From an uncultured delta proteobacterium (GTDB taxonomy: Bacteria; Myxococcota_A; Polyangia; Polyangiales; Polyangiaceae), in NCBI GenBank assembly GCA_963696385.1, contig CAVOKF010000007.1, forward strand, positions 1,184,001 through 1,248,000: DNA of 64,000 nucleotides. The letters are read 5' to 3'. Below are positions 29,817 through 41,009 of this stretch, piece by piece. The translations under genes and the position numbers were made by a program. Each line of letters opens with the position of its first letter. Positions within the stretch are counted from its first letter, which is position 1. The notes beneath the pieces were generated by a model, which saw only the letters and a list, made by a program, of their open reading frames with translations, searched no databases and was not told the DNA's origin.

Positions 29817-30014
29817 ATGGCATCGAACACCACCTTTGCCAAACGCCAGAAAGAGCGCGCGCGCCAGGACAAGCAGCGCGAGAAGGACGCCAAGCGAAAG
29901 CAGCGTCGTGCAGAGGGGCCTGCCCCGCGCGCCGACGTCGAACCCGGCGTCGATCCGGACATTGCGGGAATCGTTCCGGGACCTCAGCCGGTCACCGACG
30001 ACTCAGGAACATAG
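29817..30014 (+). CDS. Small basic hypothetical protein
   Basis: GAGAGG RBS; TFAKRQKERARQDKQREK...DPDIAGIVPGPQP; directly follows the RRM gene. Confidence 0.75.
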   Translation: MASNTTFAKRQKERARQDKQREKDAKRKQRRAEGPAPRADVEPGVDPDIAGIVPGPQPVTDDSGT

Positions 30015-30048
30015 CGGATTTCTGGGCCGGTCCGGATAGGCGACCGCC

Positions 30049-30858
30049 GTGGCTGCGCCGATCTCGCTCTGCGGTTCGTTATCGCGCTTCGCGAGTGTCC
30101 TCGGGCGCTCGATGCATGAAGCGGGCTATCGTGCGCTCGAACTCCCGTTCACCTATGTGCCCTTCGAGGTGCGCGAGCTCGGCGATGCCATCGCAGGGAT
30201 GCGTGGCCTGGGCATCCGGGGCTTGGGCGTATCGCATCCGTTCAAGCAAGACGTATTGCCCCTGCTGGACGAACTCGATCCGGTGGCCGAGCGAATTGGC
30301 GCGGTCAACACGGTCGTCAACGAAGACGGCCGGCTCGTCGGACACAACACGGACTGGATGGGCGCGATTCGCGCGCTTGAGGAGGTGTCCTCGGTCGCTG
30401 GCGCCCGGGTCCTGCTTCTCGGCGCCGGGGGGGCCGGACGCGCGATCGCCTTCGGTCTGCGCGACCGAGGCGCGGATGTCACGATTGCGAATCGAGGTCC
30501 CGCTGCGGCGCAGGCTCTTGCCCAGGAGACCGGCGCTCGCGCCGCGGCATGGGACGAACGCCTTCGGGCCGCCGACTACGAGACGGTGATCAACGCCACG
30601 GCTCTCGGTCAAGCGGACATCGACCCCGCAAGTCCGATACCCGACGATGCGATCCGATCGGGGCAGGTCGTGATGGACATCGTTTACAAGCCCGTTCGGA
30701 CGCGTCTTCTGGCGGCGGCGCGCGCCCGCGGCGCCCGCGCGATCCACGGAGGGCGAATGCTATTGCACCAAGCCGCGGCGCAATTCGAAATGTACACGGG
30801 CCGGCAGGCACCTCTCGCGGCGATGGACGCGGCGCTACGCGCCGCGGTCGGCGATTGA
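30049..30858 (+). CDS. aroE: Shikimate dehydrogenase
   Basis: VSHPFK, GAVNT, GHNTD, GAGGAG, INAT, DIVYKP, MLLHQA. Confidence 0.93.
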   Translation: MAAPISLCGSLSRFASVLGRSMHEAGYRALELPFTYVPFEVRELGDAIAGMRGLGIRGLGVSHPFKQDVLPLLDELDPVAERIGAVNTVVNEDGRLVGHNTDWMGAIRALEEVSSVAGARVLLLGAGGAGRAIAFGLRDRGADVTIANRGPAAAQALAQETGARAAAWDERLRAADYETVINATALGQADIDPASPIPDDAIRSGQVVMDIVYKPVRTRLLAAARARGARAIHGGRMLLHQAAAQFEMYTGRQAPLAAMDAALRAAVGD

Positions 30859-31024
30859 CCCGGATCGGCTGACACCCCGACTCCCGGCGCGATCCGCGCG
30901 ACGAGAAGTCGCGCGGTGCAGTACCGCCGGTCCCTTCGGCTCTGCGCAAACCCCGAATTGGCTCCCGCGAATCCGCTCGTGCAACGCCCGCTACGAAGCG
31001 GGACGCGACCTCCACGCCGGCGCA

Positions 31025-31195
31025 CTACCGAGGCTCGTCCTCCGACGGACGGCCGAGCATGCCCATCACGGCGAAGACGTGGCCACGCGGGCACCGGACC
31101 CGCCCCTTTTCCGCCTCGGCAGCCGTCGTCTTCACGAGAGCGCCGCATTCGGTGCACTCGAGCTCGATGGCTTCATCGTCACGCCTTCCAATCAT
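31025..31195 (-). CDS. Small zinc-ribbon protein
   Basis: GGAGGTGGAG RBS; CTEC...CPRGH. Confidence 0.6.
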   Translation of the reverse strand: MIGRRDDEAIELECTECGALVKTTAAEAEKGRVRCPRGHVFAVMGMLGRPSEDEPR

Positions 31196-31257
31196 GGTCT
31201 CCACCTCCCGCGGATTCAACTTCGCGCCGCCGAGCGTCGGGCGCAAGATCGGAGGCC

Positions 31258-32136
31258 GTGCACCCGCTCATCTTGCCGCCGAGGATCCCCGAACTCGCAC
31301 CGCCCGGCAGAGCCCTCGTGCTCCTCGACGGACCCATGGGCACCGAGCTCGTGCGACGGGGAGTTTCGCTCCCCGCGTTGGCCTGGAGCGCGGCGGCACT
31401 CGACATGGCGCCCAACGTGGTCGCGGCGATTCACGAGGAATACGCCAAAGCGGGGGCCACCGTCCACACCGCCAACACGTTTCGCACGAAGCGCCGAGCG
31501 GTCGGACAGCGATGGGACGAACTCGCGCGTCGGGCGGTGCGGATTGCGCGTGCGAGCGTTCCGAGCGGGCAGCGCATCGCCGGCAGCATCGCTCCGCTCG
31601 AGGACTGCTACATGCCGCACCGAAGCCCCGGACGGGGTTCGCGCGCGGAACACAGAGAGCTCGCACGCGTGCTGGCCGACGAACGAGTCGACCTTCTATT
31701 GTGCGAAACGTTCGCGGCTTCGCAAGAGGCCGCCACAGCGGTCGAGGAAGCCTCGCTCACCGGCGTGGAAACGTGGGTGGCGCTCACGGCCGGACCGGAT
31801 GCGTCGCTGCTGACGCCTGCGGCGATGCGAGAAGCGGCCCGATCGTGCGTGAGTGCGGGCGCTCGTGCCGTGCTTGTCAACTGCACCCCGGCGTCACAAA
31901 CCCTACGATTCGTGGAAGCGGTCTCGGGCCTGGGCGTACCGTACGGTGCGTACGCCAACGCAGGCGACCCCGGCGAGGGCATGGGGTGGGGCGCCGAGAC
32001 GGGTACCGCTGCGGCGATCTATGCCCAATGGGCGCGCGGCTGGGTGCAGAACGGCGCGACCCTCGTCGGCGGGTGCTGCGGTACTGGACCTGCGCACGTC
32101 TCCCGGCTCGCGCGAATTTTCAACGAACGTTCCTGA
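31258..32136 (+). CDS. Homocysteine S-methyltransferase family protein
   Basis: LLDGPMGTEL, TANTF, LLCET, VNC, YAN, GGCCGTGP. Start uncertain. Confidence 0.9.
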   Translation: MHPLILPPRIPELAPPGRALVLLDGPMGTELVRRGVSLPALAWSAAALDMAPNVVAAIHEEYAKAGATVHTANTFRTKRRAVGQRWDELARRAVRIARASVPSGQRIAGSIAPLEDCYMPHRSPGRGSRAEHRELARVLADERVDLLLCETFAASQEAATAVEEASLTGVETWVALTAGPDASLLTPAAMREAARSCVSAGARAVLVNCTPASQTLRFVEAVSGLGVPYGAYANAGDPGEGMGWGAETGTAAAIYAQWARGWVQNGATLVGGCCGTGPAHVSRLARIFNERS

Positions 32137-33268
32137 CGTCCACGCGACCGTAGTCGTACGCCACCTCTCGAAAGAACCATCCGTGAGCGTCACCCCCGCG
32201 CACGCGAACGTGACGGTCCGGCCCCGCGACCAAAACGACCTCGGGGATCGATTGCCCGGTGTCGACCTGCGCGAGCGTCCGGAGCTCGTCCGCCAGAGCG
32301 CGCGCAACGCCCACGGCGCATCGTGCGTCCGGGTCTCTGCCGACGCAGCCACCCGACAGCGTGAGCTCGACGTTCGCCGCGGGGCGCCACGTCCATGCGC
32401 GAGCCACCGAGCACGGAGCCGGCGCGGGCGGCGGCCCGCACGCGACGCCGCCGAGCGCGTCGAGAGGCGGCGAGCGCAAGCGTGACGTGTTCGCCAGTCG
32501 TTCGAACGCCGGCCCGAGCTTGACGTCGAGCCGTACCTCGGCCTCATTTCGAGGCCCGGCACAGCAACGAAAGCCCGTAACGGCCGACCGCTCCCCGGGA
32601 GGCATCGGACGCCCGTACGCGCAGCGCGTGACGCGCTCCCCCGCCGAGTCGTTGCCGCCCCGCACGACCCCCAGATTGTCGTGACCGCCGCGCCCCCATC
32701 GGGAGGCGGTCCATTCCGATGCACCCGCGTGCATGTCGGCAACGCCGAACGGGCTGCGGCACGCAGGCCGCTGACCACTGGGCCTGCGCGACGCGACGTC
32801 GGCCGGGACCCCGGCCCCGCAGGGACGCGCGTCGTAGACAGCGCCGTACTCGTAGCGGTCGTTGTCCGGGCCCTTGCACGCCCGCTCCCATTCGAGTTCC
32901 GAGCAGAGTCTTTTGCCCTTTTCTTCGCACAACCGCTTGGCCTCTTCGCGCGTCACGTTCGTCGTTGGAATGGCGCCGGCCTCGTTGGGCCAGGCGAGCG
33001 CGTCGATGTAGAAGCCGGCCATCGGGACCTCGACTTCGGGCAGTTCGGCGTCCGCGATACGAGGAACGTCGTCGATCGCACTGCCAGCGCGGAGCAATCC
33101 CGAGGGGATCCAGGCCATCCCCGCCCGAGCCGCCCCGGGCGTCACGGCGCTCGGAGCGCTGACCATCGGTCCGCCGGTGCGAGTGGCGCCGTCGGTCGCG
33201 CGAGACTTGCCGCACGCGGCGACGAGCACTGCGGCCACCGCGAGTGCCGCCACGCTCGCCCGGTCCAT
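32120..33268 (-). CDS. FGE-sulfatase (SUMF1-like) domain lipoprotein
   Basis: LVAAC lipobox, KRLCSELEWERAC, SPFGVADM, EW, GFRCC. Confidence 0.85.
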   Translation of the reverse strand: MDRASVAALAVAAVLVAACGKSRATDGATRTGGPMVSAPSAVTPGAARAGMAWIPSGLLRAGSAIDDVPRIADAELPEVEVPMAGFYIDALAWPNEAGAIPTTNVTREEAKRLCEEKGKRLCSELEWERACKGPDNDRYEYGAVYDARPCGAGVPADVASRRPSGQRPACRSPFGVADMHAGASEWTASRWGRGGHDNLGVVRGGNDSAGERVTRCAYGRPMPPGERSAVTGFRCCAGPRNEAEVRLDVKLGPAFERLANTSRLRSPPLDALGGVACGPPPAPAPCSVARAWTWRPAANVELTLSGGCVGRDPDARCAVGVARALADELRTLAQVDTGQSIPEVVLVAGPDRHVRVRGGDAHGWFFREVAYDYGRVDVRNVR

Positions 33269-33269
33269 G

Positions 33270-34694
33270 TCATTCGCCTTTCTCGCTCGACCCCTCGCGA
33301 AGCCCGAGCTCCTTCATTTTGAGCTGCAGGCCCTTGCGTGAAATCTTGAGAAGCCGGGCGGCGTGGGTGACATTGCCGCTGGTCTGCTTGAGGGCACGGC
33401 TGACGAGCTCCTTCTCGAGCCGGCTCATCGCGACCTTGACGTGCTCTTTCAATCCCCCCTCGCTCGCCAAGGCGGCCTGCAACTCGACCTCGGCAAGAGG
33501 GACGTTGGCCGTTGGGGGGACACCGCGCACCTCAGGCGGTAGATTGCTCGCGCGCAACTGTTGGGTGTCGGAAAAGAGAACGGCTCTCTCGATGACATTT
33601 TCGAGCTCACGAATGTTGCCGGGCCACGGGTACTGGACCAGAAGGTCGCGCGCGTCGGCTTCGACCCCCTCGACGCGCTTGCGCAACCGTTCGTTGAATT
33701 TCGCCAAGAAGTGCTCGACCAATAGCGGGATATCGCTCGTGCGATCCCGCAGCGCCGGAAGTCGAATCGGCACGACGTTGAGCCGATAGAACAAATCCTC
33801 GCGAAAGACCCCCGAGGCGATGAGCTTCTTGAGATCTCGGTTCGTCGCGGCGACGAGTCGCACGTCGACGCGAATCGTCTTGATCCCTCCGACGCGCTCG
33901 AACTCGCTCTCCTGCAGTGCGCGAAGAAGCTTGACCTGCATCTCGATCGGAATCTCGCCGATCTCGTCGAGGAACAAAGTTCCGCCATTCGCGAGTTCGA
34001 ACCGACCCGGCTTGCTCGTCACCGCTCCGGTGAACGCGCCGCGCTCGTAGCCGAAAAGCTCGCTCTCGATGAGCTCCTTCGGAATCGCGGCGCAATTGAC
34101 TTTGATGAATGGCTTGTCCCTCCGGGCGGAATGCTCGTGAAGAGCCCGCGCAACGAGTTCCTTGCCCGTGCCGCTCTCGCCGGTGATGAGCACGGTCGTC
34201 GGCGTGTCGGCCACCCGTTCGAGGATCGCGTAGAGCTCCGCGATGCCCGGCGATCCTCCGATGATGCCGAAGCGTGCGCCACGTGAGGCGGGAGTCGGCG
34301 TCGCGTCGTGACCCCGGAGCTCGCGTGTGCGAAGGGCCTTCGTGACGATCTGGCGGATTTCGTCCTTGTCGAAAGGCTTGGTCACGAAGTCGAAGGCACC
34401 GGTCTTGAGCGCTTCGACGGCGGTGTCGATGGTTCCGTGCGCCGTGACCAAGATGACCGGCAGCTCTGGCTCCTCTTCGAGGGCCTTTTTGAGAAGAGTC
34501 ATGCCGTCGACCTTGGGCATCTTGAGATCGGTGATGACCAGGTCGATGTGGTGCTCTCGAAGCAGAGCCAGCCCTTGCTCGCCGTCTTCGGCGGTCAGCA
34601 CGTCGTATCCATCGCGAGTCAGCTGGGCGGACAGAATCTTCCGCAGGTTCGGCTCGTCGTCGACGATCAGGACCTGCTTTCGCTCAGGAATCAT
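33270..34694 (-). CDS. Sigma54-dependent response regulator (NtrC family)
   Basis: Receiver domain, [28 protein letters not shown], Fis-type HTH. Confidence 0.96.
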   Translation of the reverse strand: MIPERKQVLIVDDEPNLRKILSAQLTRDGYDVLTAEDGEQGLALLREHHIDLVITDLKMPKVDGMTLLKKALEEEPELPVILVTAHGTIDTAVEALKTGAFDFVTKPFDKDEIRQIVTKALRTRELRGHDATPTPASRGARFGIIGGSPGIAELYAILERVADTPTTVLITGESGTGKELVARALHEHSARRDKPFIKVNCAAIPKELIESELFGYERGAFTGAVTSKPGRFELANGGTLFLDEIGEIPIEMQVKLLRALQESEFERVGGIKTIRVDVRLVAATNRDLKKLIASGVFREDLFYRLNVVPIRLPALRDRTSDIPLLVEHFLAKFNERLRKRVEGVEADARDLLVQYPWPGNIRELENVIERAVLFSDTQQLRASNLPPEVRGVPPTANVPLAEVELQAALASEGGLKEHVKVAMSRLEKELVSRALKQTSGNVTHAARLLKISRKGLQLKMKELGLREGSSEKGE

Positions 34695-34847
34695 GCGCTG
34701 AAGTTACGTCAACGCGGGACGCGGATCGAACGCAACCGTCGGTGCGGCTTGTCCGCCCGGCGTACCGCGACCGCGCGACTCGCTTGGCCCGGGCTCATTC
34801 GCGTGAGACGCCGCAGGCGTACCCAGCGTAGCGGGATACCGTCCGAC

Positions 34848-34965
34848 GGGGCGCTGTACTAAGACGGCTTCCTTGGTGGGGCTTCGCCCCAAACCCCCAA
34901 TCGCCTCCCGGCGATTGAAGTACACCGCCCGGCTGATCCCTTTGTTCTGGGGCGGTGTACTAAGC
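34848..34965. repeat. Composite palindromic element (REP/MITE-like), includes copy 2 at 34917-34965
   Basis: Hairpins GGGGC-TTC-GCCCC, CAATCGCC/GGCGATTG and AGTACACCGCCC/GGGCGGTGTACT; direct repeat GGGGCG[C/G]TGTACTAAG at 34848 and 34949. Confidence 0.75.
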
Positions 34966-35928
34966 CAGCCGTTCGCCGAGATACTTTTCCAACTTCACGA
35001 TGGCATCCGTAAACCCCGCGATGCCTTCGGCAAGCTTGTCGTGAGCCATGGCGTCGCTGGCGTGCATCTTTCGGAACGCCGCTTCATCGACGACGATGCG
35101 CTCCACGGGGGTACGCCGTGCTTTCTCCGGGTCCAACTTGCGCGGAAGATCGCCGGTGCGCTCGGCCAGTTCCTGAAGCAGACTCGGCGCGATCGTCAGG
35201 AGGTCGCACCCGGCGAGCTCGGTGATCTCGCCGAGATTTCGGAAGCTCGCGCCCATCACCTGAGTCTTGTACCCGAAGTATTTGAAATAATTGTATATTC
35301 TAGTGACTGACTGCACCCCGGGATCCTGATTGGCCTCGTACGAGCTCTTGCCGGTCGACTTCTTGTACCAATCGAGAATCCGGCCCACGAACGGCGAAAT
35401 GAGCGTGACGCCGGCCTCGGCGCAGGCGATGGCCTGATGAATCCCGAAGAGGAGCGTCAAATTGCAATGAATGCCCTCGCGCTCGAGCGCCTCGGCGGCG
35501 CGTATGCCCTCCCAGGTCGACGCGATTTTGATGAGCACCCGGTCGCGCTTCGTCCCCGCCGCCTCGTATTGCGCGATGAGAGAGCGCGCCTTTTCGATCG
35601 TCTTTGGGGTGTCGAACGAGAGACGTGCATCCACTTCGGTCGACACTCGCCCATCGATGATCCCGAGGATGTGCAGCCCGAACTGGACGTTGAGGCGGTC
35701 CAAGGCGCGATCCAACATCGCACGTCGGTCGGCGCCGCTCTCTTTCTTGGCCCACGCGAGCGACTCGTCGACGAGCGGGGCGTACTCGCTCATCTGCGAC
35801 GCCGCCATCACGAGAGACGGGTTGGTCGTCGCGTCCCGCGGCCTGAACTTCCGGATGGAATTGAAGTCGCCCGTGTCGGCGACGACTACGGTCACCTTCG
35901 AGAGTTGATCGAGAAGGGACTGCGCCAT
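34960..35928 (-). CDS. tal: Transaldolase
   Basis: [50 protein letters not shown]. Confidence 0.97.
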   Translation of the reverse strand: MAQSLLDQLSKVTVVVADTGDFNSIRKFRPRDATTNPSLVMAASQMSEYAPLVDESLAWAKKESGADRRAMLDRALDRLNVQFGLHILGIIDGRVSTEVDARLSFDTPKTIEKARSLIAQYEAAGTKRDRVLIKIASTWEGIRAAEALEREGIHCNLTLLFGIHQAIACAEAGVTLISPFVGRILDWYKKSTGKSSYEANQDPGVQSVTRIYNYFKYFGYKTQVMGASFRNLGEITELAGCDLLTIAPSLLQELAERTGDLPRKLDPEKARRTPVERIVVDEAAFRKMHASDAMAHDKLAEGIAGFTDAIVKLEKYLGERLA

Positions 35929-35993
35929 GGTCGACCCAGGATAGGTGCAGCCTCGCGAAGCGCAAGCCATCCCATGCGGGGAGACGGCCATCG

Positions 35994-37544
35994 TCACGGG
36001 TCACGTTGGAGACCCCGAGCGACCCCATCGGCTGCACGCGCGTCATCGGTGCGTCCTTCGTGACGCAGGACAATCGCCAGATTGGCGAAAGCCCGGGCGT
36101 AACGAGGGTCGACCGCAAGCTCTTCGCGGATCTCGCGCTCGGCTTCAGCCCATCGCGCGCTCGCCATATAGATGACGGCCATGTTGTTGTGCACGACGTC
36201 GATCGCTCCGAGGTCGATGGCGGTCTGATACTCCGAAAGCGCGCGCTCGTCGTCGCCCCTGGCCTGGTACATCCGCCCCATACACACGTGGGCGAGCGGC
36301 GCGTGCGGCGCGAGGTCGACGGACGCACGCGCGAAGGCCGGCCCATCGCGAAACGCCGACGCGGTTCCTAGGGCCACGGCACACGACGCCAGGACCGTAA
36401 CCCCACCGAACGCCGCGACGACGCGGCGCTCGACGGAGACAGCGCGTACGATCTCGGCGACCGCGATGAGCACGCCGCACGCCGGAAGATACAGGCGATG
36501 ATGGCATACCAACGTTCCGGGGACGGCGAGTGCGGGAAGCGACCAGAGTGCGAAGGCGACGGCCCCAAAGAGGACGACCGGGCGCCGGACACCGGGGACG
36601 ACCCACGTGAGCAGCAAGACGATCGCCATCGCCACAAGGCCCAGGCCCACCGGCGCGTCGTCGACCACGCCGATGAGCGACGGACCGATGGGAAAGAGGA
36701 TTTCACCAAAGCCGGCCGGCACGAGACGGGCGTGGCGACCGAGTTCGCTCGCCATCGTGCGAAAGGGCAAGCCGCCGCCACCGCCCACACCCCACACGCT
36801 GAAGCGCGCGCCGAGGCATGCGGCCCAACCCAGAACGACGCTCAGAAGCGCGCGTGGCTGGTGCACGAGCCTCGCTCGCCGGCCCTCTATCATCGCGAGG
36901 TGCGCTCCGAAGACCAGCGGCAAGACCGCGGCGGTCTCTTTCGTCAACAGAGCAAGCCCGAAGAGGGTCACGTGACCGATGCGCGCGACCGACCGCGGGC
37001 GGCGCGCGTCGGAAAGGAAGGCGAGCCACGCCGCGAATACGAAGACGGCAAGCAGCGAATCGTTGCGGCCGGGAATCCAGGCCACAGCGCAGACGAGCCA
37101 CGGGTGGACCGCGAAGACGAGCGCGCCCAGCAACGCGACCAGACGGCCGAAGTCGAGTCGCAGAAACAGCGCGAAGCAGAGCACGCTGGCGAGGGCGTGA
37201 ACGAGCACGTTCGTCGCGTGATAGCCGAAGGGACGCGTGCCGCTCCATTGGGCGTCGATCACATACGAAACGACGACGATCGGTCGATAATAAGGGTGTT
37301 GCGGGTCGACCGCGTGCATGTAGGCGCGAGTGAATGCCCGCCAGACGCTCGACCATCGGGCCAGAAACGCTTGGTCGTCGACGATGAGGTCCCGGTCGTC
37401 GAGCTCCGTGAAGCCGAATGCCATGGAAGGCCCGTGCGCCACCAGAGCCGCCAGCGCGACGAGCGCGCCGGGGCCCCAACGCGCAGCGAAGAGCGACCGT
37501 GGAGCTGCCGGCCCAGCATGGAAAATTCGACCCAGCGTAGGCAC
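35994..37544 (-). CDS. TMTC-like GT-C membrane glycosyltransferase with C-terminal TPRs
   Basis: DD loop, [35 protein letters not shown]-like helices. Confidence 0.8.
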   Translation of the reverse strand: MPTLGRIFHAGPAAPRSLFAARWGPGALVALAALVAHGPSMAFGFTELDDRDLIVDDQAFLARWSSVWRAFTRAYMHAVDPQHPYYRPIVVVSYVIDAQWSGTRPFGYHATNVLVHALASVLCFALFLRLDFGRLVALLGALVFAVHPWLVCAVAWIPGRNDSLLAVFVFAAWLAFLSDARRPRSVARIGHVTLFGLALLTKETAAVLPLVFGAHLAMIEGRRARLVHQPRALLSVVLGWAACLGARFSVWGVGGGGGLPFRTMASELGRHARLVPAGFGEILFPIGPSLIGVVDDAPVGLGLVAMAIVLLLTWVVPGVRRPVVLFGAVAFALWSLPALAVPGTLVCHHRLYLPACGVLIAVAEIVRAVSVERRVVAAFGGVTVLASCAVALGTASAFRDGPAFARASVDLAPHAPLAHVCMGRMYQARGDDERALSEYQTAIDLGAIDVVHNNMAVIYMASARWAEAEREIREELAVDPRYARAFANLAIVLRHEGRTDDARAADGVARGLQRDP

Positions 37545-37573
37545 CTCTTCGACCCCGCGGCTACCATAGCGGC

Positions 37574-38080
37574 GTGAAGCACCCGATCGTCATCCGACCC
37601 GCGGAGGAACGCGATCTGCCGCGTGTCGGACAACTCGCGGGCGACCTCGTGCGGATGCACCACCAAGCCGATCCGCAGCGTTTTTTGCTCGTCCAGAACG
37701 TCGAAACGGGATACGCGCAATGGCTCTCGCGCGAGAGGAGGCGGCCTGGGGCCGTCGTGCTCGTCGCGTGCTCGGACGGCACCGTCGTCGGATACGCGTA
37801 CGGAACCCTCGAGGGACGCGACTGGAATCTCTTATTGGATGCGCACGGGGTGGTGCACGATGTCTTCGTCGCCGTCGACTCGCGCCGTACGGGCGTCGGA
37901 CGCGGGCTCCTGACGTCGATGGTGGAAGCGCTCGAGCGGCTCGGAGCGCCACGGATCATCCTGTCGACCATGGTCGGAAACGAGTCCGCGCAGCGCCTTT
38001 TCCGAGCGTCCGGATTTCGTGCCACCATGCTGGAGATGACGAGAGACTGCGCGCGATCCCGCGACGGATCCAGCGGCTGA
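37574..38080 (+). CDS. GNAT family N-acetyltransferase
   Basis: IRPA, VFV..DSRRTGVG, NESAQRLFRASGF. Confidence 0.9.
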   Translation: MKHPIVIRPAEERDLPRVGQLAGDLVRMHHQADPQRFLLVQNVETGYAQWLSRERRRPGAVVLVACSDGTVVGYAYGTLEGRDWNLLLDAHGVVHDVFVAVDSRRTGVGRGLLTSMVEALERLGAPRIILSTMVGNESAQRLFRASGFRATMLEMTRDCARSRDGSSG

Positions 38081-38168
38081 GTGGCGAGCGGGCGGGCCGT
38101 GCCTTCGCGCGGCACCGCGCGCCCGACACGTCGGTGCCTTGTAACCGCTTTGCTGCCGGTCATATTCG

Positions 38169-40283
38169 ATGCCGATGATCCGTGCGACGTCGGTCCGGCC
38201 GCGGCGGCAATACTGGAAAGCGAAAGCCCGCCGGGGCCTCGTAGCCTTGGCGTGGACTCCTTCGCTCGGCTGCGGCAACGTACCCCGAATCGTTCTCGGG
38301 CAGGCGCCTCCCTCGGCCACCGACGCGGGGTCCGACGCGCAGGCTGAGGCAGCGTCCGACGCGGGGGCCGATGCCCAGGCTGAAGCAGGGACCGACGCGG
38401 GGGCGTGCGCCACGCCAACGGGCCCCTCCGTGACGCTCGAGACGAGCGGGACCGCGTTCACGCTGTCGAACACCCTCGTGACGATGACGATCGATGCAAC
38501 GGGTCAGGTGACGGGGCTCGTGAAGAACGGCACGCCGCTCATGGCCGAAGGCCAGACGCTCTACGTCTCGTCGGAGGACGCGACCGCGGGGGACGCGAGC
38601 GGCACCACGGAACGCAAAATCAGCGCGACGACGCAGACCATCGTGGTTCGAACCCCCGAGCGAGTCGAGCTCTCGTTCATCGACACGAATGGATCGATGA
38701 ATTGGGATCTGCATTACGTCATGCAGGCGGGCCTCAGCGGGTTTTATTATTTTCTCATCGCCGATACGATGAATAAGGCACCCATTACGCTGCCTGAGCT
38801 CCGTACCGTCCAACGCTTCGACGCGACGATCGTGTCGAACGGATTCAACGCGGAGCGGTACGGGCAGCTCCCGACCAACGCGGAACAAATGGCGATGTTG
38901 ACCGCGGACGAACTTCAAGACGATACGTGGAATCTCGGCATGTTGCTGCCGGGCACACCGGCGCCTGAGGGGCCCGTTTTTACCCAATACGATTGGGCGA
39001 CGTACGTCGCAGAAGACTGGGCGGGGTCGAGCATGCTTCCGATGACGACGCCGCCCGCCGCCGGCCACGGCCTCTACGGCAACGGCTTCGGCGTATGGCT
39101 ACTGACCGCGAGCCCTGAATATTACCCCGGCGGCCCGCTGAAACAGGAGCTGATGATCGATGACGGCAACACGATACTCAACATGTATAATGGCACCCAT
39201 TTCGGGACGGACATCACGGCGCAGACACCGGCCAACTGGCAGAAATTTTATGGTCCTTCGCTCGTCTACGTGAACACCGGGACCGATGCGCAAGTCATGA
39301 CCGACGCGGCCATGCAGGCCGCGTTCGAAAGGGCGCACTGGCCGTATTGCTGGGTGAACAGCCCGCCCACGCCCCTCGACGCGGGCTCCACCGACGCCGC
39401 GGCGATCGCGAACGCTCTTTATCCGACCGAGCGAGCCGTCGTCAAAGGAACGGTGACGGTCACCCACGGGCGATCGGCCGCCCATGCCATGGTCGTCCTC
39501 GCCGACCCCACGGAGCTGTATTCGCAGACCTATGGGTACATGTACTGGGCAACGGCGGGGACGGACGGAAGCTTCTCGATTCCGAACGTGCGCCCGGGAA
39601 CGTACGCCGTGCACGTCTACGCGCAACAGGGCGACATTACGGCGGACCCCAACGGCGATGAGGTGGCGGACCCAGCGGTGACGGTCCCGCCGGGCGGCAT
39701 GGACCTGGGAACGGTCGCTTGGGACCCTGGCTATCACGCGAACCTACTGTGGTCGATTGGAACGTCCGACCGGACTTCCGGCGAGTTTCTCGTCTCGACC
39801 ACCGACGCCGGATCTCAGGTCGCCAACCAAACGCCCCGAGAGTATGGCCCATCGGCGACGGAAGGCCTGTGGGGCATCCCTCCGGCGACCCTCACCTACA
39901 CCATTGGGACCAGTTCGCCGGCCACCGATTGGTACTTCGCGCAGTCGCAGCTCGGCACGTGGAGCGTCGCCTTTGGTCTCGACGCCGCGGTCGCGGGCCA
40001 GGCCTATTTGACCATCGCGATCGCGGGCGTGTCCAACAATCCCCAGCTCACCGTGTCCGTCAACGGGAATTCCATCTACAGTCCCCCGGCGTTTGGCAAT
40101 GATCAAACGATCTACCGGAGCGCACTGACGAGCGGCCGATACCAGCTCGTGACGGTACCCTTTCCGGGTTCGTATCTTATCGTCGGCGGCCCCGCGGCGA
40201 ACACCGTGAGCTTCCAATTGGTGGCCGGGGGAACTCCAGGGCCTGGAATCATGTACGATTTCATCAAACTCGAGACCGACTAG
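38169..40283 (+). CDS. Rhamnogalacturonan lyase (PL4) lipoprotein
   Basis: SLGC lipobox, DAG-repeat linker, GGPLKQEL, KFYGP, WPY, YMYW, NVRPGTY, LWSIG..DRTSGEF, IMYDFIKLE. Confidence 0.85.
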   Translation: MPMIRATSVRPRRQYWKAKARRGLVALAWTPSLGCGNVPRIVLGQAPPSATDAGSDAQAEAASDAGADAQAEAGTDAGACATPTGPSVTLETSGTAFTLSNTLVTMTIDATGQVTGLVKNGTPLMAEGQTLYVSSEDATAGDASGTTERKISATTQTIVVRTPERVELSFIDTNGSMNWDLHYVMQAGLSGFYYFLIADTMNKAPITLPELRTVQRFDATIVSNGFNAERYGQLPTNAEQMAMLTADELQDDTWNLGMLLPGTPAPEGPVFTQYDWATYVAEDWAGSSMLPMTTPPAAGHGLYGNGFGVWLLTASPEYYPGGPLKQELMIDDGNTILNMYNGTHFGTDITAQTPANWQKFYGPSLVYVNTGTDAQVMTDAAMQAAFERAHWPYCWVNSPPTPLDAGSTDAAAIANALYPTERAVVKGTVTVTHGRSAAHAMVVLADPTELYSQTYGYMYWATAGTDGSFSIPNVRPGTYAVHVYAQQGDITADPNGDEVADPAVTVPPGGMDLGTVAWDPGYHANLLWSIGTSDRTSGEFLVSTTDAGSQVANQTPREYGPSATEGLWGIPPATLTYTIGTSSPATDWYFAQSQLGTWSVAFGLDAAVAGQAYLTIAIAGVSNNPQLTVSVNGNSIYSPPAFGNDQTIYRSALTSGRYQLVTVPFPGSYLIVGGPAANTVSFQLVAGGTPGPGIMYDFIKLETD

Positions 40284-40448
40284 GAAAAACCGGAGCCGCT
40301 GAAACAGCCTGAGTGGAAATGAACGCCGCAGGTGCACGCGCCTCACCCTGGGGGGCGGTTCGCGGACGTGGCTGGCGAGCCGGTCCCGGTCTCTCGGGTT
40401 GCCGGCGTGATCGATTTCAGCTTCCGGCGCATAGTACCGGGCGTGGTC

Positions 40449-41009
40449 ATGCGATTCGACGGAGCCTTGAGCATCCCATTCGTGGCGCCCCAGCAGCGTT
40501 CCGAGTGCGATCAGGTCCGCCTTCGCAAGGCGTTCGACCAGAACTTCGCGGGAGTCTGGCGTTTCCTGCGACGGATGGGCGTTCCCCACGATCGCGCCGA
40601 CGACGCAGCGCAGCAAGTCTTCCTGATTGCGCTCGAGGCATTGACGCGCATCTCCGAAGGAAGCGAGCGCGCGTTCATCTATGCGACGGCCGTGCGGTTG
40701 GCGCACGGCGTCCGTCGCAAAGGCGCGCGCGAGGTCGCCAGCGCGGCATTCGAGTGCGATCCGTCGCCGCTTCCGTCCCCCGACCAGCTCACGGACCAGA
40801 AGCGCTCTCGCGAGGTATTGGACGCCATCGTCACCAGCATGGATGTCGATATTCGAACGGTGTTCGTTCTCGCCGAATTCGACGGCTTCACGACCCCCGA
40901 GATCGCCGGCCTGCTGGAAATCCCTCTGGGTACCGCCGCGTCGCGGCTCAGGCGAGCGCGCGCGAAGTTCCAGGAACTGGCTCGAGCGGCCTACGGTGAC
41001 CTGCCATGA
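40449..41009 (+). CDS. ECF RNA polymerase sigma factor
   Basis: VWRFLRRMG, ADDAAQQVF, EIAGLLEIPLGTAASRLRRAR. Start uncertain. Confidence 0.9.
   Translation: MRFDGALSIPFVAPQQRSECDQVRLRKAFDQNFAGVWRFLRRMGVPHDRADDAAQQVFLIALEALTRISEGSERAFIYATAVRLAHGVRRKGAREVASAAFECDPSPLPSPDQLTDQKRSREVLDAIVTSMDVDIRTVFVLAEFDGFTTPEIAGLLEIPLGTAASRLRRARAKFQELARAAYGDLP

Noticed and set aside
5708..35928. DAHP synthase, aroE and tal as a secondary-metabolite cluster
   Set aside because: They are far apart, separated by unrelated genes, with no tailoring or assembly enzymes.
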